Shown one piece after another: positions 62,323-64,000 of a stretch of DNA of 64,000 bases. This DNA is from Candidatus Bathyarchaeia archaeon (GTDB lineage: Archaea > Thermoproteota > Bathyarchaeia > Bathyarchaeales > Bathycorpusculaceae): the NCBI GenBank assembly GCA_049516875.1, contig JBEKSS010000010.1, positions 54,371-118,370 of the forward strand. Direction: 5' to 3'. The position numbers and the translations under genes were made by a program. Position 1 is the stretch's first letter, and each line of letters begins with the position of its first letter. Below the pieces are notes generated by a model. The model did no database searches and was not told where the DNA came from. It saw only the letters and a program-made list of their open reading frames with translations.

Positions 62323-62822
62323 ATGCCGAAGACCAAAGCCATAATACACATTCAAAACGTTGTTGCCACTGCCACTCTCAACCAAAGAGTTGACCTGAAC
62401 GCAGTTGTGAAGAGTTATCCAGGTGTCGAGTATCGACCGGAACAGTTTCCCGGACTAGTATTTAGGCTTAAGAGACCGAAGACAGCCACGCTGATTTTCA
62501 ACTCTGGAAAAATGGTGAACTGAAAAAAGGCGGAATAATCATCATCAGCAAGCCGGACTTGAAGGTCGTGAACATCGTTGCTTCTGCAAGCTTAGGCGGA
62601 AAAATAGATTTGGAAGCAGTTTCCACGCTTGGAAAAACCATGTATGAGCCGGAGCAGTTTCCAGGATTGATCTATAGGATGGACGAGCCTAAGGTGGTCA
62701 TACTGATATTCGCAACCGGGAATCTTGTTTGCACAGGAGCTAAGAAAGAACAGGACGTTTATGACGCGGTGCATAAGCTTCACGAAAGATTGGAGGAACA
62801 AAACCTCATATTCTACGAATAA
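62323..62822 (+). pseudogene. tbp: TATA-binding protein with internal deletion and frameshift
   Basis: Two TBP repeats ([14 protein letters not shown]; NIVAS..YEPEQFPGL); after SGKMV the sequence jumps out of frame to ELKKGGI at 62516/62517. Confidence 0.9.
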
Positions 62823-62896
62823 AAGCTTCATACGTTAATCGCCTAGCGCGCGCTAAGATCCTAAAACCCAAGAAAGGTTCCATGTTGAAGCAAGAG

Positions 62897-63037
62897 TCAC
62901 CCGAACGATCGATCGACTTCAAGGTTTGTTGGCATAAAATGAAGCCTAAATGTTTTTGCAGCCTTCAACTTGGCTTGTTTGTACTCCTTCTCATCTCCAT
63001 AATAAAGCAGATTGGCCGCTTCTCTCGCAACTCTTTT
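62897..63037 (-). pseudogene. N-terminal fragment of a conserved protein (resembles the N-terminus of a nucleotidyltransferase-domain family)
   Basis: KRVAREAANLLYYGDEKEYKQAKLKAAKTFRLHFMPTNLEV then premature stop; family assignment from memory. Confidence 0.55.
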
Positions 63038-63101
63038 TGTGAACTGATAGAATCGACTGTCACGATTTCACCGAAAAACTCGGGGGCTAGGCGTCGGACT
63101 A

Positions 63102-63581
63102 GCGCGCATGCCTGTTCCGAAAATGGCCAAAAATGGTTTTAAATCCGTTTTCGTACAGTTAGATTATGGATTTGTTTGACGAGCGTATTTTGACTGTGCT
63201 CAACGACGGCAAGCCTAGATTTTTCACCCAACTTCTAGACGAGGTGGGTTTCAGTCGCAACACGCTGAAGCTGCACCTCAAGCGCCTAACAGCTCAGAGC
63301 TTGGTGGTGAAGGAAAAAACGGTTTCAAATGGACGAGGAAGACCAAAATACACCTATTACACATCGCCAAGAGCCCGACGGCAAGTCTCCGCTGCCCTCT
63401 CAGACCCGGCAATAACGATTGTGACCCTACCGTTCAGCCGCCTAAAATACCTCTGCAGGTTCGAGAAAGGCGGATACTGCAAACAAGCCAGAAACAAGTG
63501 TGACCCAGGAAACTGCCCACAAATCCCAAGAAGCAAAGAATAAAAGCCAATTTTGGCCAATTTAGGAACACACATGCGCGC
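63102..63581. mobile_element. 480-bp putative non-autonomous element bounded by ~41-bp terminal inverted repeats
   Basis: 63102-63141 versus reverse complement of 63541-63581: 35 of 41 positions identical by hand alignment; both start GCGCGCATG. Confidence 0.7.
63166..63543 (+). CDS. Winged-HTH protein with Cys-rich C-terminal tail
   Basis: FTQLLDEVGFSRNTLKLHLKRL..LV..GRGRPKYTY; CRFEKGGYC..C...C. Confidence 0.88.
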   Translation: MDLFDERILTVLNDGKPRFFTQLLDEVGFSRNTLKLHLKRLTAQSLVVKEKTVSNGRGRPKYTYYTSPRARRQVSAALSDPAITIVTLPFSRLKYLCRFEKGGYCKQARNKCDPGNCPQIPRSKE

Positions 63582-63586
63582 CAAGC

Positions 63587-64000
63587 TTAGCGTTTGATGA
63601 TGTGTTCATAAAGCCCCAGTGTTTTTTCAGCTATGTTTTCCCACGTGAACTCGTTCAGGACTCTGCGTCTCCCGTTTTTGCCCAGCCACTTTCTTTTCTC
63701 ATCGTTTTCCAAGACGCAGTTTATGCCCCAAGCTATGTCTGACGGGTTGCTTGGATCTACGTGATAACCGCACTGTTCCTCGCCGCGATACACGACTATC
63801 TCCCGCATACCGCTGATGCCAGCTGCACCGATGACAACCGGCCGCTCCATACTCATTGCCTCGAGAACCACTATTCCGAAGGGTTCATAGAAGCTTGGGA
63901 AAACTGCGACGTCGCATGCTGCGTAGTGAAGGATACGTTCCTCTTCTGGGATGAACTCGAAACGGAACTTCACAAAATCGCTCATTTTCGTGGCTTTGAC
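63587..64000 (-). CDS. GT4 family glycosyltransferase, 3' part (runs off window)
   Basis: FPSFYEPFGIVVLEAM, FTWENIA; frame open to right edge. Confidence 0.9.
   Translation of the reverse strand, partial: VKATKMSDFVKFRFEFIPEEERILHYAACDVAVFPSFYEPFGIVVLEAMSMERPVVIGAAGISGMREIVVYRGEEQCGYHVDPSNPSDIAWGINCVLENDEKRKWLGKNGRRRVLNEFTWENIAEKTLGLYEHIIKR

Noticed and set aside
62323-62822. Programmed frameshift or split TBP
   Set aside because: About 19 conserved codons are physically absent, so recoding could not restore the fold.

Overview
Archaeal chromosomal window. Gene content (TBP, split GuaA, AOR, MvhADG-HdrABC, Lrp/RAM proteins, PEF-CTERM protein) and GGTGA-type RBS with frequent TTG/GTG starts suggest an anaerobic heterotroph, most likely Bathyarchaeia (inference). 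0.3-24 kb is a dense energy-metabolism block: GMP synthase, soluble TfrAB-like fumarate reductase, tungsten AOR, bacterial-type AsnA, and an extended hdr-mvh operon headed by an RHH-GcvH fusion lacking the lipoyl lysine and a GltD-like/MvhD2 module. 24-64 kb is a patchy accessory region: Lrp cluster, nucleotidyltransferases, ComEC-like protein, CopA, class II RNR, an isc/tusA/dsrE cluster, HEPN-MNT toxin-antitoxin, CHASE4 kinase, a degenerate MCM, a broken TBP, and three ~1100-aa solenoid/Ig-fold paralogues sharing a palindromic upstream element. The most unusual signal is non-coding. The octamer TAGCGCGC/GCGCGCTA occurs at about ten intergenic loci from 27.9 to 63.1 kb, in a left-end/right-end pattern. 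GCGC runs sit at the breakpoints of truncated genes and form the outer tips of a ~41-bp terminal inverted repeat around a single wHTH gene, suggesting an undescribed mobile-cassette system. Five small genes or pseudogenes missed or mis-framed by the ORF track were recovered. No rRNA, tRNA, CRISPR array, integrase or transposase was recognised. All calls are by motif recognition; no searches were run.
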